A DNA stretch of 55,658 nucleotides, from assembly GCA_964655275.1 (NCBI GenBank), contig CAZZMI010000002.1, forward strand, positions 1 to 55,658, in the 5' to 3' direction. The notes beneath the pieces were generated by a model. That model was not told the DNA's origin. It made no database searches and worked only from the letters and a program-made list of their open reading frames with translations. Each line of letters starts with the position of its first letter. The stretch's first letter is position 1. Source of the DNA: an uncultured Anaerolineae bacterium (lineage in GTDB: Bacteria; Chloroflexota; Anaerolineae; SpSt-600). The position numbers and the translations under genes were made by a program. Shown here one piece after another: positions 19,397-28,585 of the stretch.

Positions 19397-21274
19397 CTAA
19401 GAAGGGATCGCAGGTAAAGCGTAAAGTTTACCATCGCAAGAGCCTATGTAAACCACACCACCCGCTAAAGCCGCTGAAGAAACCACCGGCCCTCCGGTTC
19501 GGAACTTCCAGAGAAGTTCTCCCTTTAAAGCATCCACACAGTATACAAAACCATCCACAGAGCCAAAATACACCCTTTCCTCCTCCACCCTCGGAGAAGA
19601 AATCACCTGGTCCCCGGTGGCATATTTCCAGAGGAGTTTGCCGTCTTCGGCCCTTAAAGCATAGAGGTGGCCATCGGCGGAGCCAATGTAAACAATCCGG
19701 TCGGCCAAAAAGGGGGAAGAAACCACCGGTTTTCCGGTTTTGTAGCGCCAAACTACCCACCCTGACAGGACATTGAAAGCATAAACGTAAAAATCAAAAC
19801 AGCCGATGAAGAACAGGTTCTCCCATACGAAGGGAGAAGAGACCACTCTCCTGCCAGCATAGTGACGCCAGATAGGGTAACCATCGGAAGCCTTTAAGGC
19901 ATAGATAAAACCATCATCCGAACCGAAAATTATCCTGTCCTGAAACAGGGCCGGGGAAGACCTTACTGGAGCTCCGGTGGTGAAAAGCCATTTCAACTGG
20001 CCGGATATTGCATCCAGGGCATAGAAATTTCCGTCATCGGAGCCAAAGAATACAGACTCCCCATAAATTTTAGGGGAAGAGCGGATCTTACCTCCAGTCG
20101 TGAAAACCCACAGGGTTCGCTTGGAGGAAGAGTCAATAGCGTATAAGTTTCCATCTTCCGAACCGAAGATTACCATCCTCCTCCACACAAAAGGCGTGGA
20201 AACCACCCCTCCTTTAGTGGGGTATTTCCAGAGCATCTTGCCCGTTAAAGCGTCCAGGGCATAAAGGTTGTAATCGTAAGAGCCGATGTATATGGTACCA
20301 GAAGCTACCACAGGAGATGAACGGACTTCATCCTCACAGGGGAAAACCCAGAGAGGCTTCACCTCCTGAGCCTCTTCCCGACGTAAAACCACTGCTGTAA
20401 GCGGGCGTTTGCTGCCGAAAGCTTTCAAAATAGCCACCTTCATTTCTTCCACCGACGAGAAACGCTTGTCCATCTCGTATTCCAGGGCTTTCATTATCAC
20501 TGCTTCCAGGGCAGGGGGAACAGCAGGGTTTATGGCCCTTATGGGGCGCTCATGGAATGAAAAGGGGGGTTCAGTTCTGGGGTCTACCCTGGTCAGCAAG
20601 TGGTGAAGTGTGGCTCCCAGGGAATAAATATCGCTTCGCGGGTCAACCACCCCACGGTATTGCTCCGGAGGAGCATACCCTTCGGTTCCCACCATGGTTC
20701 CCCTCAGCCCTTTTTGAAAGACCCTGGCAATCCCGAAATCCACCAGCATTATTCGGCCATCATGAGTAAGCATTATATTGGAAGGCTTAAGGTCCCTGAA
20801 AACTATGGGGTTTGGTTTATGGTTGTGGAGGTAATGGAGAACATCACAAAGCTGAAGGGCCCAATCCACCACTAAATCCACCGGGAGGAAAGAAGAAGCC
20901 TCGTGGAGGATGGTCTCCAGGTCTTTTCCTTCCACAAATTCCATTACGAGGTAACTCCGCTGGCCTTCAGTGAAGTAATCGTAAACCTTAGGGATAGCGG
21001 GATGGTTTAAGCTGACCAAGATCTGAGCTTCCCGGTTGAAATTGGCCACGCTCTCTTGATGGATGGCAGGGGAAAGGTCGGAGAAAATTTCTTTAACGGC
21101 ACAAATTCTTTCAACGCCCTCAAAACGCCTGTCCCTCGCTTTGTATACAGCCCCCATCCCTCCGATACCCAGCACCTCCAAGATTTCGTAGCGCCCCTGG
21201 AGCAAGGTACCGGGTTCCAGGACCGAATATGCGGGAGGTAAGGAGATCCTCCTGGTGCTCAAGTCTCCTTCCAT
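19397..21274 (-). CDS. Hanks-type Ser/Thr kinase fused to an 8-bladed PQQ/BamB-like beta-propeller
   Basis: 'GIGGMGAVYKA', 'CAVKE', 'FRDLKPSN' and 'VDFG' motifs. Eight units of about 40 aa, '..IY.GS.DG.LYAL....G...W'. No TM segment between the domains. Confidence 0.9.
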   Translation of the reverse strand: MEGDLSTRRISLPPAYSVLEPGTLLQGRYEILEVLGIGGMGAVYKARDRRFEGVERICAVKEIFSDLSPAIHQESVANFNREAQILVSLNHPAIPKVYDYFTEGQRSYLVMEFVEGKDLETILHEASSFLPVDLVVDWALQLCDVLHYLHNHKPNPIVFRDLKPSNIMLTHDGRIMLVDFGIARVFQKGLRGTMVGTEGYAPPEQYRGVVDPRSDIYSLGATLHHLLTRVDPRTEPPFSFHERPIRAINPAVPPALEAVIMKALEYEMDKRFSSVEEMKVAILKAFGSKRPLTAVVLRREEAQEVKPLWVFPCEDEVRSSPVVASGTIYIGSYDYNLYALDALTGKMLWKYPTKGGVVSTPFVWRRMVIFGSEDGNLYAIDSSSKRTLWVFTTGGKIRSSPKIYGESVFFGSDDGNFYALDAISGQLKWLFTTGAPVRSSPALFQDRIIFGSDDGFIYALKASDGYPIWRHYAGRRVVSSPFVWENLFFIGCFDFYVYAFNVLSGWVVWRYKTGKPVVSSPFLADRIVYIGSADGHLYALRAEDGKLLWKYATGDQVISSPRVEEERVYFGSVDGFVYCVDALKGELLWKFRTGGPVVSSAALAGGVVYIGSCDGKLYALPAIPS

Positions 21275-21294
21275 GGTTTCCCCTCCAATGGGTA

Positions 21295-21323
21295 ATTATA
21301 AAGGTTTCAGAAGTTTAGTGCAA
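21295..21323 (-). promoter_or_regulatory. Near-consensus sigma70 promoter for the kinase/J-VWA/FHA operon
   Basis: Read on the minus strand: TTGCAC (21318-21323), 17-nt spacer, TATAAT (21295-21300), then GGAGGGG and the ATG at 21274. Confidence 0.55.
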
Positions 21324-21435
21324 AGGCCTTAATAAAAGAAAATGTGGCAAGTTTTACCCTATGCCGGGTTGATAATATATTCCCGCCTTTGTGAAGAAGC
21401 GGCAAATGCTGGCGGTTTGCCCTTACCTTAGCCCT

Positions 21436-22248
21436 TTATTTCCCCCGCCACCAATCCTTGCGAGAGCGAGGATCCATGAACGAGCCTGTATCCCTTATCG
21501 CCACTTTTATTTCATTGCTCTGGGCCGTGGCAAAAGGTTGCTTTTTCTTTAAAGCCGGAAGATAACTCCTACCCTGAGAATCCAGGTTCCGGTAAAGGGC
21601 CAACAGGTTGGGATCAACGCATATTCCTTCCAGGTGCAAAGCATAGCCATATGCAACCGTATCTTCTCTTCTATAAACGAGGGTAATCCGCGTTTCCTCA
21701 GCGTAAAGGACTAATGCTGAGTAACCGGGATAGATCTCATAGCCGGAAGAGGGCAAATGGATTAATTCCCCAGGAGTCGTCTTCATACCCAAAAGGGTGA
21801 CATCCCAGGTTGTGATGGGATTCCCACGCCGGTTATTATTCCAATCCCAGTCATAAACCCGGTAACCGTTCACGAAAACCGGGACCCGATCGTCCTGGAA
21901 AAGGCTGTATAGCTGAGGAGCTCCTGGATCTGAATCTCCACCATAGTCCACAAGCCCAAGGTAAGCATTGGGATTAAGGATATAGCCCCTCACAGCCAGG
22001 TTCAGGTCCGGGTGTTCAGAAGCAGGGATATGAGGATGAGGCGGCAGCGTGGGGATTGCATCGTAGGAAACACCGGGGATTGGCTTACAGGGCTCGCTTT
22101 TAGCTACAAGGGGGAGGAAGACAAAGTGGGAATATTCTGCTTGATTTGGTATAGCAGCCTGGCTTTCGGCATAAGTTTGCAGGAAAGTTCCGTAGTTTGC
22201 GGAAAACAAAAATGTTACCAACACGCAAAGCCCAATAAGCCTCTTCAT
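21436..22248 (-). CDS. Secreted hypothetical protein
   Basis: 270-aa ORF with an N-terminal signal-like 'MKRLIGLCVLVTFLFSANYG'. No assignable family. Confidence 0.6.
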   Translation of the reverse strand: MKRLIGLCVLVTFLFSANYGTFLQTYAESQAAIPNQAEYSHFVFLPLVAKSEPCKPIPGVSYDAIPTLPPHPHIPASEHPDLNLAVRGYILNPNAYLGLVDYGGDSDPGAPQLYSLFQDDRVPVFVNGYRVYDWDWNNNRRGNPITTWDVTLLGMKTTPGELIHLPSSGYEIYPGYSALVLYAEETRITLVYRREDTVAYGYALHLEGICVDPNLLALYRNLDSQGRSYLPALKKKQPFATAQSNEIKVAIRDTGSFMDPRSRKDWWRGK

Positions 22249-22289
22249 AGGTCGCCACCGCTTTTAGGATATTTTAGGGGGAAAATTGC

Positions 22290-23405
22290 TCAGGCCGGGA
22301 ATTCTACCCCGAACTCCTGAGCTATGGCTTTGAGATCCGCCACCACTTTCTTATCTAAAGGTATGCCTTCCCGGGCAAACCTTTCGGCGGCTTCAAACTC
22401 TTTTTCGCCATGGATGTAAATGCGGGTCTGGCCTTCTGCTTTGGGTGATTCTTTAAGCCTTCGGATAAGGTCATCCATGGCTTCCTTAAACTCTTCCAGG
22501 GGCCTGAAGGCATCTATCCGCATGGCTCCGAAGAAATGGCCTATATTGGAAGGGAGGGGTCGTCCTTGTTCATCCTTAGGGTAAACCAGATCAGCATAGG
22601 CTGCGCCGGAAAGGACACCGCAAAATATGTCCACAACGAGGGCAAGTCCATACCCTTTGTGTCCTCCCATTTCTTCCCCAGCCCCTCCCAGGGGGAGGAG
22701 ACCACCTCCCCGTCGCTCGGCTAAATTCTTTAAGACAAGGCCAGGATCATCGGTAGGCAAGCCTTTTTCGTCAGTAGCCCAACCCAGAGGCATTTTCTTC
22801 CCAAGCCGGTCGTAGACTTCCAGCTTCCCTCTCGGGACAGCGCTGGTGGCCATATCCAAGACGAAGGGGCGTTCTTTACCAGCCGGCACAGCTATGCTTA
22901 TAGGATTGGTGCCTAACATCGCCTTACGCCCGAAAGTGGGCACTACAAGCACATCAGCGTTGGTTGAGGATATGCCAATAAGATCGTGTTCCAGAGCCAT
23001 CATGGAATAATATCCGGCAATGCCGTAATGGTTTGAATTTCGGACGGCCACGAAACCTACGCCGTGCTCCAGAGCCTTCTGGATTGCCAACTTCATGGCT
23101 CTGTAGCTTACAGGCTGACCGAGGCCAGCCCCGGCATCTATGGTGGCGGTTACAGCTGTTTCCCGGATGATCTTGATTTCAGGGCGCGCTTTCATCATCC
23201 CACTTTTGAGGCCATTCACGTAGCGGCGCATTCGGGCAACACCGTGGGAGAAGATCCCTCTAAGGTCAGCCGTTACCAAAACTTCAGCGGTTATGCTGGC
23301 ATCTTCTTCAGGAACGCCAAGTTTTTTGAAAACTTCCTGGCAAAATGCTTTCAGAGGCTCAGCCTTCACAATTGCTCCGATGTCTTCAGGTCTTATTTCT
23401 TCCAT
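22290..23405 (-). CDS. Ldh2-family (malate/L-lactate/sulfolactate dehydrogenase type 2) oxidoreductase
   Basis: 371-aa ORF. 'GIFSHGVARMRRYV' and 'NSNHYGIAGYY' are characteristic of the Ldh_2 family. Confidence 0.8.
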   Translation of the reverse strand: MEEIRPEDIGAIVKAEPLKAFCQEVFKKLGVPEEDASITAEVLVTADLRGIFSHGVARMRRYVNGLKSGMMKARPEIKIIRETAVTATIDAGAGLGQPVSYRAMKLAIQKALEHGVGFVAVRNSNHYGIAGYYSMMALEHDLIGISSTNADVLVVPTFGRKAMLGTNPISIAVPAGKERPFVLDMATSAVPRGKLEVYDRLGKKMPLGWATDEKGLPTDDPGLVLKNLAERRGGGLLPLGGAGEEMGGHKGYGLALVVDIFCGVLSGAAYADLVYPKDEQGRPLPSNIGHFFGAMRIDAFRPLEEFKEAMDDLIRRLKESPKAEGQTRIYIHGEKEFEAAERFAREGIPLDKKVVADLKAIAQEFGVEFPA

Positions 23406-23417
23406 GGCAGCCTCCCT

Positions 23418-24461
23418 TTACTCAATTTTGAAAGGTTTAGCGGAAGCAAGGCGCTTCTCGTATTGCTTGCGGTAAAATTCCATATATTCCCCGCTCTTTA
23501 TCTTTCGCCACCACCACTGGTTTTCCACATACCAGCGCACAGTCTCCGCCAGAGCCTCATCAAAATTATAACGTGGGCGCCATCCCAGAGCTTTTATCTT
23601 GGTGCAATCCAGGGAATAGCGACGGTCGTGGCCGGGGCGATCTTCCACGAAGCGGATAAGGCTTTCGGGTTTGTTGAGAAGCTTAAGGATGCGATAAGTT
23701 AGCTCCAGGTTCGTCAATTCATTTCCAGCCCCCACGTTGTATATCTCCCCTGGTTTTCCCTGATGCAAGACCAAGTCTATAGCCTCGCAGTGGTCTAAAA
23801 CGTAGAGCCAGTCCCTAACGTTTAACCCATCACCATAAAGGGGAAGGGGCTGGTCATCAATGGCATTGGTAATAAAGAGGGGTATTATCTTCTCCGGATA
23901 TTGATACGGCCCGAATGTATTGGAGCCACGGGTGATCATTACAGGTATTCCCCAGGTCTTGTAATAAGCCAGACACATGAGGTCACCCCCCGCTTTGCTG
24001 GCGGAATAGGGGCTTGAAGGGTTAAGGGGAGCATTCTCTTTGAAAGAGCCCTCCTCTATGGAACCATAGACTTCATCAGTGCTTACCTGAACCATCCTTT
24101 TTACCCCGAGTTTCCTGACAACCTCCAGGAGCACGTAAGTGCCAAATACATCGGTCTGAATGAAAGAACCGGGCTCAAAGATGGAACGATCCACATGGCT
24201 TTCAGCAGCGAAGTTCACTATAAACTCAACACCATAAGCTTTTACAACTCCTTCCACCTTTTCAGCATCACATATATCGCCCTGGATAAAAGTATAACGG
24301 TCAGGATAATTCTGGGCTACATCTTTGAGGTTATCCAGGTTGCCGGCATAGGTGAGTTTATCGTACACCACCACCTTGTAATGGGGATATTTTTGCAGGA
24401 TATAACGGGTAAAATTGGAGCCGATGAACCCGGCCCCGCCAGTGATAAGGATTGTGGTCAT
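23418..24461 (-). CDS. rfbB: dTDP-glucose 4,6-dehydratase
   Basis: 347-aa ORF. 'GGAGFIGSNF', 'FAAESHVDRS', 'STDEVYG' and 'YSASKAG' motifs. Confidence 0.9.
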   Translation of the reverse strand: MTTILITGGAGFIGSNFTRYILQKYPHYKVVVYDKLTYAGNLDNLKDVAQNYPDRYTFIQGDICDAEKVEGVVKAYGVEFIVNFAAESHVDRSIFEPGSFIQTDVFGTYVLLEVVRKLGVKRMVQVSTDEVYGSIEEGSFKENAPLNPSSPYSASKAGGDLMCLAYYKTWGIPVMITRGSNTFGPYQYPEKIIPLFITNAIDDQPLPLYGDGLNVRDWLYVLDHCEAIDLVLHQGKPGEIYNVGAGNELTNLELTYRILKLLNKPESLIRFVEDRPGHDRRYSLDCTKIKALGWRPRYNFDEALAETVRWYVENQWWWRKIKSGEYMEFYRKQYEKRLASAKPFKIE

Positions 24462-24481
24462 AGCATAAGCCTCCTAATATT

Positions 24482-25684
24482 TTATGCTCCAAACTTGTTA
24501 AGCCTGAGGGCATAAGCAAGAGCCAATCTCATCAAATTTACCGCCGGCATCCTGCCGATGCTCCCCCTGGCGCAGGCCCTCTCCCCAAACTTTTCTACTC
24601 CATCAGGCCGAACATAGCGGGAATAGAGGAGGACAGGGACAGGATGCCAGCTGTGGCTTTTTAGAACGGCCGGGGTTGAATGATCGCCTGTTATGATGAA
24701 AACATCAGGGTTAAGGGCCATAATCCTGGGGATGTGGCGGTCCACCTCTTCTATAAGGGCAACCTTGGCATCAAAGTTCCCATCCTCTCCATAAGAATCG
24801 GTTTTCTTAACGTGGATGTAGAAGAAATCATAGTCCTTCCAGTGAGCTTCAAGGGTGGAAACCTGATCGGCAAACTCCTCACCTGTCTCCAGGACATCCA
24901 TTCCCACAAGCCTCGCTACCCCTTTGTACATGGGGTAGGTGGCAATAGCAGCAGGCTTGAGGCCGTAAATTTCCTGCATAGATGGAAGTTGAGGATTCTT
25001 AGAGAAGCCCCTCAGAAGGAGCATGTTAGCCGGGTAATAAGGGGATAGAACCTCCCGGGCTTTTTCCACCCAGGCATTTACTATTCTTGCCGTAAGCTCT
25101 GCCTCGGGTGCAAGGGGTTCAACGGGAAGAGGTGGCAAACCAACCCGCTGCGGATCGGTTTCCGAAAGCTTATCCGAAAGGCCCGGCCCCCGGAATACCA
25201 CCACAAACCTGTGCTCCTTCACAGGCCTCACGAAAATTTCCAGGTCGGGAAGTCTTATCTCCGAAAGCTTCTCGCAAAGCATCGCGTTAAATTGTGTATC
25301 AATGCGACCTGCCCGGCGGTCAGTAACTAAACCTTTTTCATCTACAGTGCAAAAATTGCCTCTGGCAGCCAGATCTTCCTTTTCCAGGGGGAAACCTATG
25401 CCCAATGCTTCCAGCACTCCACGCCCAATTTCATACCGTAATGGGTCATAACCGAAAAGAGCAAGGTGAGCAGGCCCACTTCCGGGGGTTATCCCGGGGG
25501 CTATTGGGTCCAGAAGGCCACATATACCTTGTGAAGCGAGATAATCCATGTTTGGGGTGCGAGCCGTTTCCAGCTCTGTAAATCCTCCTGGCTCTCTGGG
25601 TAATCCCCCCAGCCCATCCATTACCAGAAGCACGACTTTGCTCTCATTCCGGAAAACCAGCTCCTTAAGTTGTTCAAAATCCAT
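24482..25684 (-). CDS. apgM: Cofactor-independent phosphoglycerate mutase, archaeal type
   Basis: 400-aa ORF. 'VLLVMDGLGG' N-terminus and '..TGDHSTP' metal-site region, typical of ApgM. Confidence 0.85.
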   Translation of the reverse strand: MDFEQLKELVFRNESKVVLLVMDGLGGLPREPGGFTELETARTPNMDYLASQGICGLLDPIAPGITPGSGPAHLALFGYDPLRYEIGRGVLEALGIGFPLEKEDLAARGNFCTVDEKGLVTDRRAGRIDTQFNAMLCEKLSEIRLPDLEIFVRPVKEHRFVVVFRGPGLSDKLSETDPQRVGLPPLPVEPLAPEAELTARIVNAWVEKAREVLSPYYPANMLLLRGFSKNPQLPSMQEIYGLKPAAIATYPMYKGVARLVGMDVLETGEEFADQVSTLEAHWKDYDFFYIHVKKTDSYGEDGNFDAKVALIEEVDRHIPRIMALNPDVFIITGDHSTPAVLKSHSWHPVPVLLYSRYVRPDGVEKFGERACARGSIGRMPAVNLMRLALAYALRLNKFGA

Positions 25685-25983
25685 CTTGTCCTCCCTTTCT
25701 TAATTTAAGCGTTTTCAAGTTTATCAAATTCCAGCAGAAAATTCAAGGATGAAGGCAGCCCAGGCGTCGCTCACCAATTGCGGCAAACGAGATGTTTACC
25801 TGCTGCATTGTTATGGCACCCAACCATCATTATGGTGAGAGAGTGGATAACCTAAACCGAAGACAAAATCCGGAGCCCAGCAGGGATAGAAAACCCAAGC
25901 CTTCCAAAGGCGCTGCTTTTCCAGTATCCTGAAAATGTGAACTAAGCCATCTAATAACATCAACCAAAAACCGCGTTCGCGCA

Positions 25984-27906
25984 TCATGACCAGGCCAAAA
26001 AGCGTTTGCCTTTAGCGGCCAGATCATCAAAAAGCTTCCTCAATGAGGCGATATCCGGGTAAATAAAGCGTTCCACTTTGCAACCAGAGCGCTTCAAAAG
26101 TTCCTCGGTCTCCTTACTTATTTTATCCTCATCCCCTACAATGGTCACATAACGGGCGTTAAGGGCATCATGGATGGAGAAGCCACAGGAGGGACGGAAC
26201 CGGGCTATGTAATTTTGGGCTGCCTCCCATTCCTCTCGGGCCCAATCTTCTCGAGTTTGCCAAAAAAGCAAATAATGGTAAAGAGGTTTAAAGCCCTTGC
26301 GAGGGGCTTCGTCCACAGCTTTCAAAAGTAATTCCTTCCATTCTTTCCACTTCCTACCGGGGCAAATTGTGGGGACAAGTTCTTGGTGGCCAACTATGGC
26401 CTCTTTCCCGAGGCGCAGTTTTTCCAGAAGGTAAGCGCATAAATGACCGAGAGCCATTATTTGAGCCCCAGGCGGAATTGATGAGGTGAAATCACCGGCA
26501 AGGCAAATCCCTATCCCGGATGAATTGTAGGCACGGGCATGGTAAGAGATAATTTCCAGAGGGTTGGTTTGATAAATTTTGCCCTCTTGGTCAATGAAAT
26601 AATGATACCCTATTCCCGGCCACCCTTGCTTCTCCACATGGTAACGGGCGATGAACTCAGGACCTCTATCGGGGGAAACGGCGGAGTGATGCACCACCAG
26701 GTATTTTATATCGTTCAGTTGCCTCCGGAGATAGCGCTCGGAGGGATGCTTGGGAAGTCTATCGGATATATCTTCTATAAAAGGCTCGACGACAGGCGCA
26801 GGACCTTCCAGTGCTTTCCTCAGCTCTTCCAATTCCTCCCGGGTTTTCCACAGTTTTTCCCCAGCATTTCCCAAGGCGGCCTCCCCAGAGGGAAGGCGCA
26901 CCATTAGGACTTTCTGGAAATACTGGACCAGAATTCCTTCCTCCTCCCTCTCTTCTGAGATTGGCAGCCCACATAATTCCAGGCCAAGTTTATCAAGTAG
27001 TTGAAGGAAAGGCCCTCTCACGCTAAAGCCGGTCTCTTCAAAATACCTTCCCGGGGCTAACCTGGGCATTGAAGCTACAGCCTGAACTACTGGCCGAAAA
27101 ACTCCCCCTTCAGTCCTCCACACAAAATTTGCCCAGGCGGGATCCGAAGAGGAGGCGATGAAGGCACAGGCTGAATTCACATAGGGGTATTTGTAAAGCT
27201 CCTGGTAATATTCCACATACTTTCTGGCCATCTCTTCAGGCGGCAGATCCGGAGTTGAATCGCCGAATTCTGTTATTTCAATGGGCTTATGAGGGAACAT
27301 CTTGTGGTAAAGCTTAAACCTGAGCCCCCACTCTTCTGACAGGTGGTTTTCGTATTGCCAGTAGCAGTGACAGCCGAGCCAGTCAGATTCTTCAACGGCC
27401 TCGCGGCATATTTCAAGCCATTCCAGATCGCGGTGGGGATAATTGATGGCTAACCCCGGAAAACCAAATTTTGCCCAAGGGAAAAATTCCCGCAATCTTC
27501 TCAAAACCTCAAGGTACCAGTTTTTGAAATCCCTGGCTTGCTCGTCGGAGGAGCCCCATCCTTCAATCCTGTGGAAGTGATTGGGCTCATTGTGGATTTC
27601 AAATTTATCAGTGTAAGGGCGGAGGGCCTGGATGCGTGGTGCTATCCTTTCCACAAATTCCTGAGGTGAAGGGTGTTTACCCGGGCCAAAGCCTTTATCC
27701 CATAGCCTGACTATAAACTCAATGGAAGGATTTTCCCGACGCAACCGCTCATAAACGGAGACATCGGTTATTGATAAAGTCTTAAGGGTTTCAATGCGAG
27801 CTTCCCGAACCAGCCTGTAGTCCTCCTCCGGGAAGTATACATCGTTGCGGGCGTTAAGACCTATGCGGGCCATTTCCCCCTTCCTCCAATTTAAACTCCC
27901 ACGCAC
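25984..27906 (-). CDS. Multidomain protein: GH clan-A-like TIM barrel + N-acetylmuramoyl-L-alanine amidase (Amidase_2/PGRP) + unknown C-terminal domain
   Basis: 640-aa ORF. 'FEIHNEPN' and 'IEITEFGD' resemble a clan GH-A acid/base and nucleophile pair. 'YLVVHHSA...GWPGIGYHYFIDQEGKIYQ...SYHA' matches Amidase_2. Alternative start at 27873 ('MARIGL'). Confidence 0.7.
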   Translation of the reverse strand: MRGSLNWRKGEMARIGLNARNDVYFPEEDYRLVREARIETLKTLSITDVSVYERLRRENPSIEFIVRLWDKGFGPGKHPSPQEFVERIAPRIQALRPYTDKFEIHNEPNHFHRIEGWGSSDEQARDFKNWYLEVLRRLREFFPWAKFGFPGLAINYPHRDLEWLEICREAVEESDWLGCHCYWQYENHLSEEWGLRFKLYHKMFPHKPIEITEFGDSTPDLPPEEMARKYVEYYQELYKYPYVNSACAFIASSSDPAWANFVWRTEGGVFRPVVQAVASMPRLAPGRYFEETGFSVRGPFLQLLDKLGLELCGLPISEEREEEGILVQYFQKVLMVRLPSGEAALGNAGEKLWKTREELEELRKALEGPAPVVEPFIEDISDRLPKHPSERYLRRQLNDIKYLVVHHSAVSPDRGPEFIARYHVEKQGWPGIGYHYFIDQEGKIYQTNPLEIISYHARAYNSSGIGICLAGDFTSSIPPGAQIMALGHLCAYLLEKLRLGKEAIVGHQELVPTICPGRKWKEWKELLLKAVDEAPRKGFKPLYHYLLFWQTREDWAREEWEAAQNYIARFRPSCGFSIHDALNARYVTIVGDEDKISKETEELLKRSGCKVERFIYPDIASLRKLFDDLAAKGKRFLAWS

Positions 27907-28405
27907 ACCAGAACTCAGGAGGATGGGGATCAGGAGGACAAGCTATACAACGAGTCTTTATGCGTGGATCAATAGTGCGGGCGAACACCGAATATTCAAC
28001 CAGACCCACGGACTTGCATGGGAAATCGGGCAAGCCCTTGCTTTTGCGAGCTTCCTGGACCCGACATTCGTTCATCCTGAAGATGAGGGTATTTTCATCC
28101 GGCTCTAAGATTTCCTGGCGGTTTATGTAGGAATAAAGGCGATACTGGAGGGCCTTTTTGAGAGCTTCAAGGCCACCTCCAGGTTCCATCCCGAGCCTTT
28201 TCATAATCCTTTTGGCTTCAATGGCTGAAAACTGCTCCCATGCTTTCTGATCCAGCTTGATAGCCACCTCCATCCCACAAGCTTCTTCCACAGCTAAAAA
28301 CCACAAACCATCGTGGGTAAGCCAGTTCCTGGCTGCATCTTCCAGAAGCCCAATCAATTCCTCCTTGCTGAGCTGCAAAAGCGTTTGACGGTCTGGCATG
28401 CTCAT
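27854..28405 (-). CDS. Hypothetical protein with a Cys-containing C-terminus
   Basis: 183-aa ORF. GGAGGT abuts the ATG at 28405, so the ATG at 28399 is the more likely start. The 'NECRV...FPCKSVG...RCIACPP...WCAWEF' pattern loosely resembles small ATC-hydrolase-like proteins. Confidence 0.5.
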   Translation of the reverse strand: MSMPDRQTLLQLSKEELIGLLEDAARNWLTHDGLWFLAVEEACGMEVAIKLDQKAWEQFSAIEAKRIMKRLGMEPGGGLEALKKALQYRLYSYINRQEILEPDENTLIFRMNECRVQEARKSKGLPDFPCKSVGLVEYSVFARTIDPRIKTRCIACPPDPHPPEFWCAWEFKLEEGGNGPHRS

Positions 28406-28432
28406 ACCTCCGCAGGGCTTGATGCTCTTCCA

Positions 28433-28461
28433 ATTTTAGCACTAAAAACTTTATGTGCCAA
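28433..28461 (-). promoter_or_regulatory. Near-consensus sigma70 promoter driving the 28405-25984 gene pair, divergent from dnaA
   Basis: Read on the minus strand: TTGGCA (28456-28461), 17-nt spacer, TGc-extended TAAAAT (28433-28438). Confidence 0.5.
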
Positions 28462-28525
28462 GCTTAAAAATTTTGGCCTGTTTGATAACTCCGGACTACC
28501 TCCCTTTAGTCCCTGATTTTTCCCA

Positions 28526-28570
28526 TTACCCCAAGGGTTAGTGGGGTAAGTTTATAGCATAAAAATGCTA
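28526..28570. repeat. Two adjacent perfect inverted repeats just upstream of the dnaA promoter
   Basis: First repeat: TTACCCCA (28526-28533) and TGGGGTAA (28542-28549), 8-bp arms with an 8-nt spacer. Second repeat: TAGCAT (28555-28560) and ATGCTA (28565-28570), 6-bp arms with an AAAA spacer. Confidence 0.6.
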
Positions 28571-28585
28571 CCTGCGGGAAGCATG

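Noticed and set aside
23064-23702. A 212-aa plus-strand ORF.
   Set aside because: It is entirely antisense to the Ldh2-family and rfbB genes, which have strong motifs. It has no motifs of its own.
25830-26030. A 66-aa minus-strand ORF in the long spacer.
   Set aside because: It overlaps the 3' end of the amidase-fusion gene, has no RBS and has a low-complexity composition.
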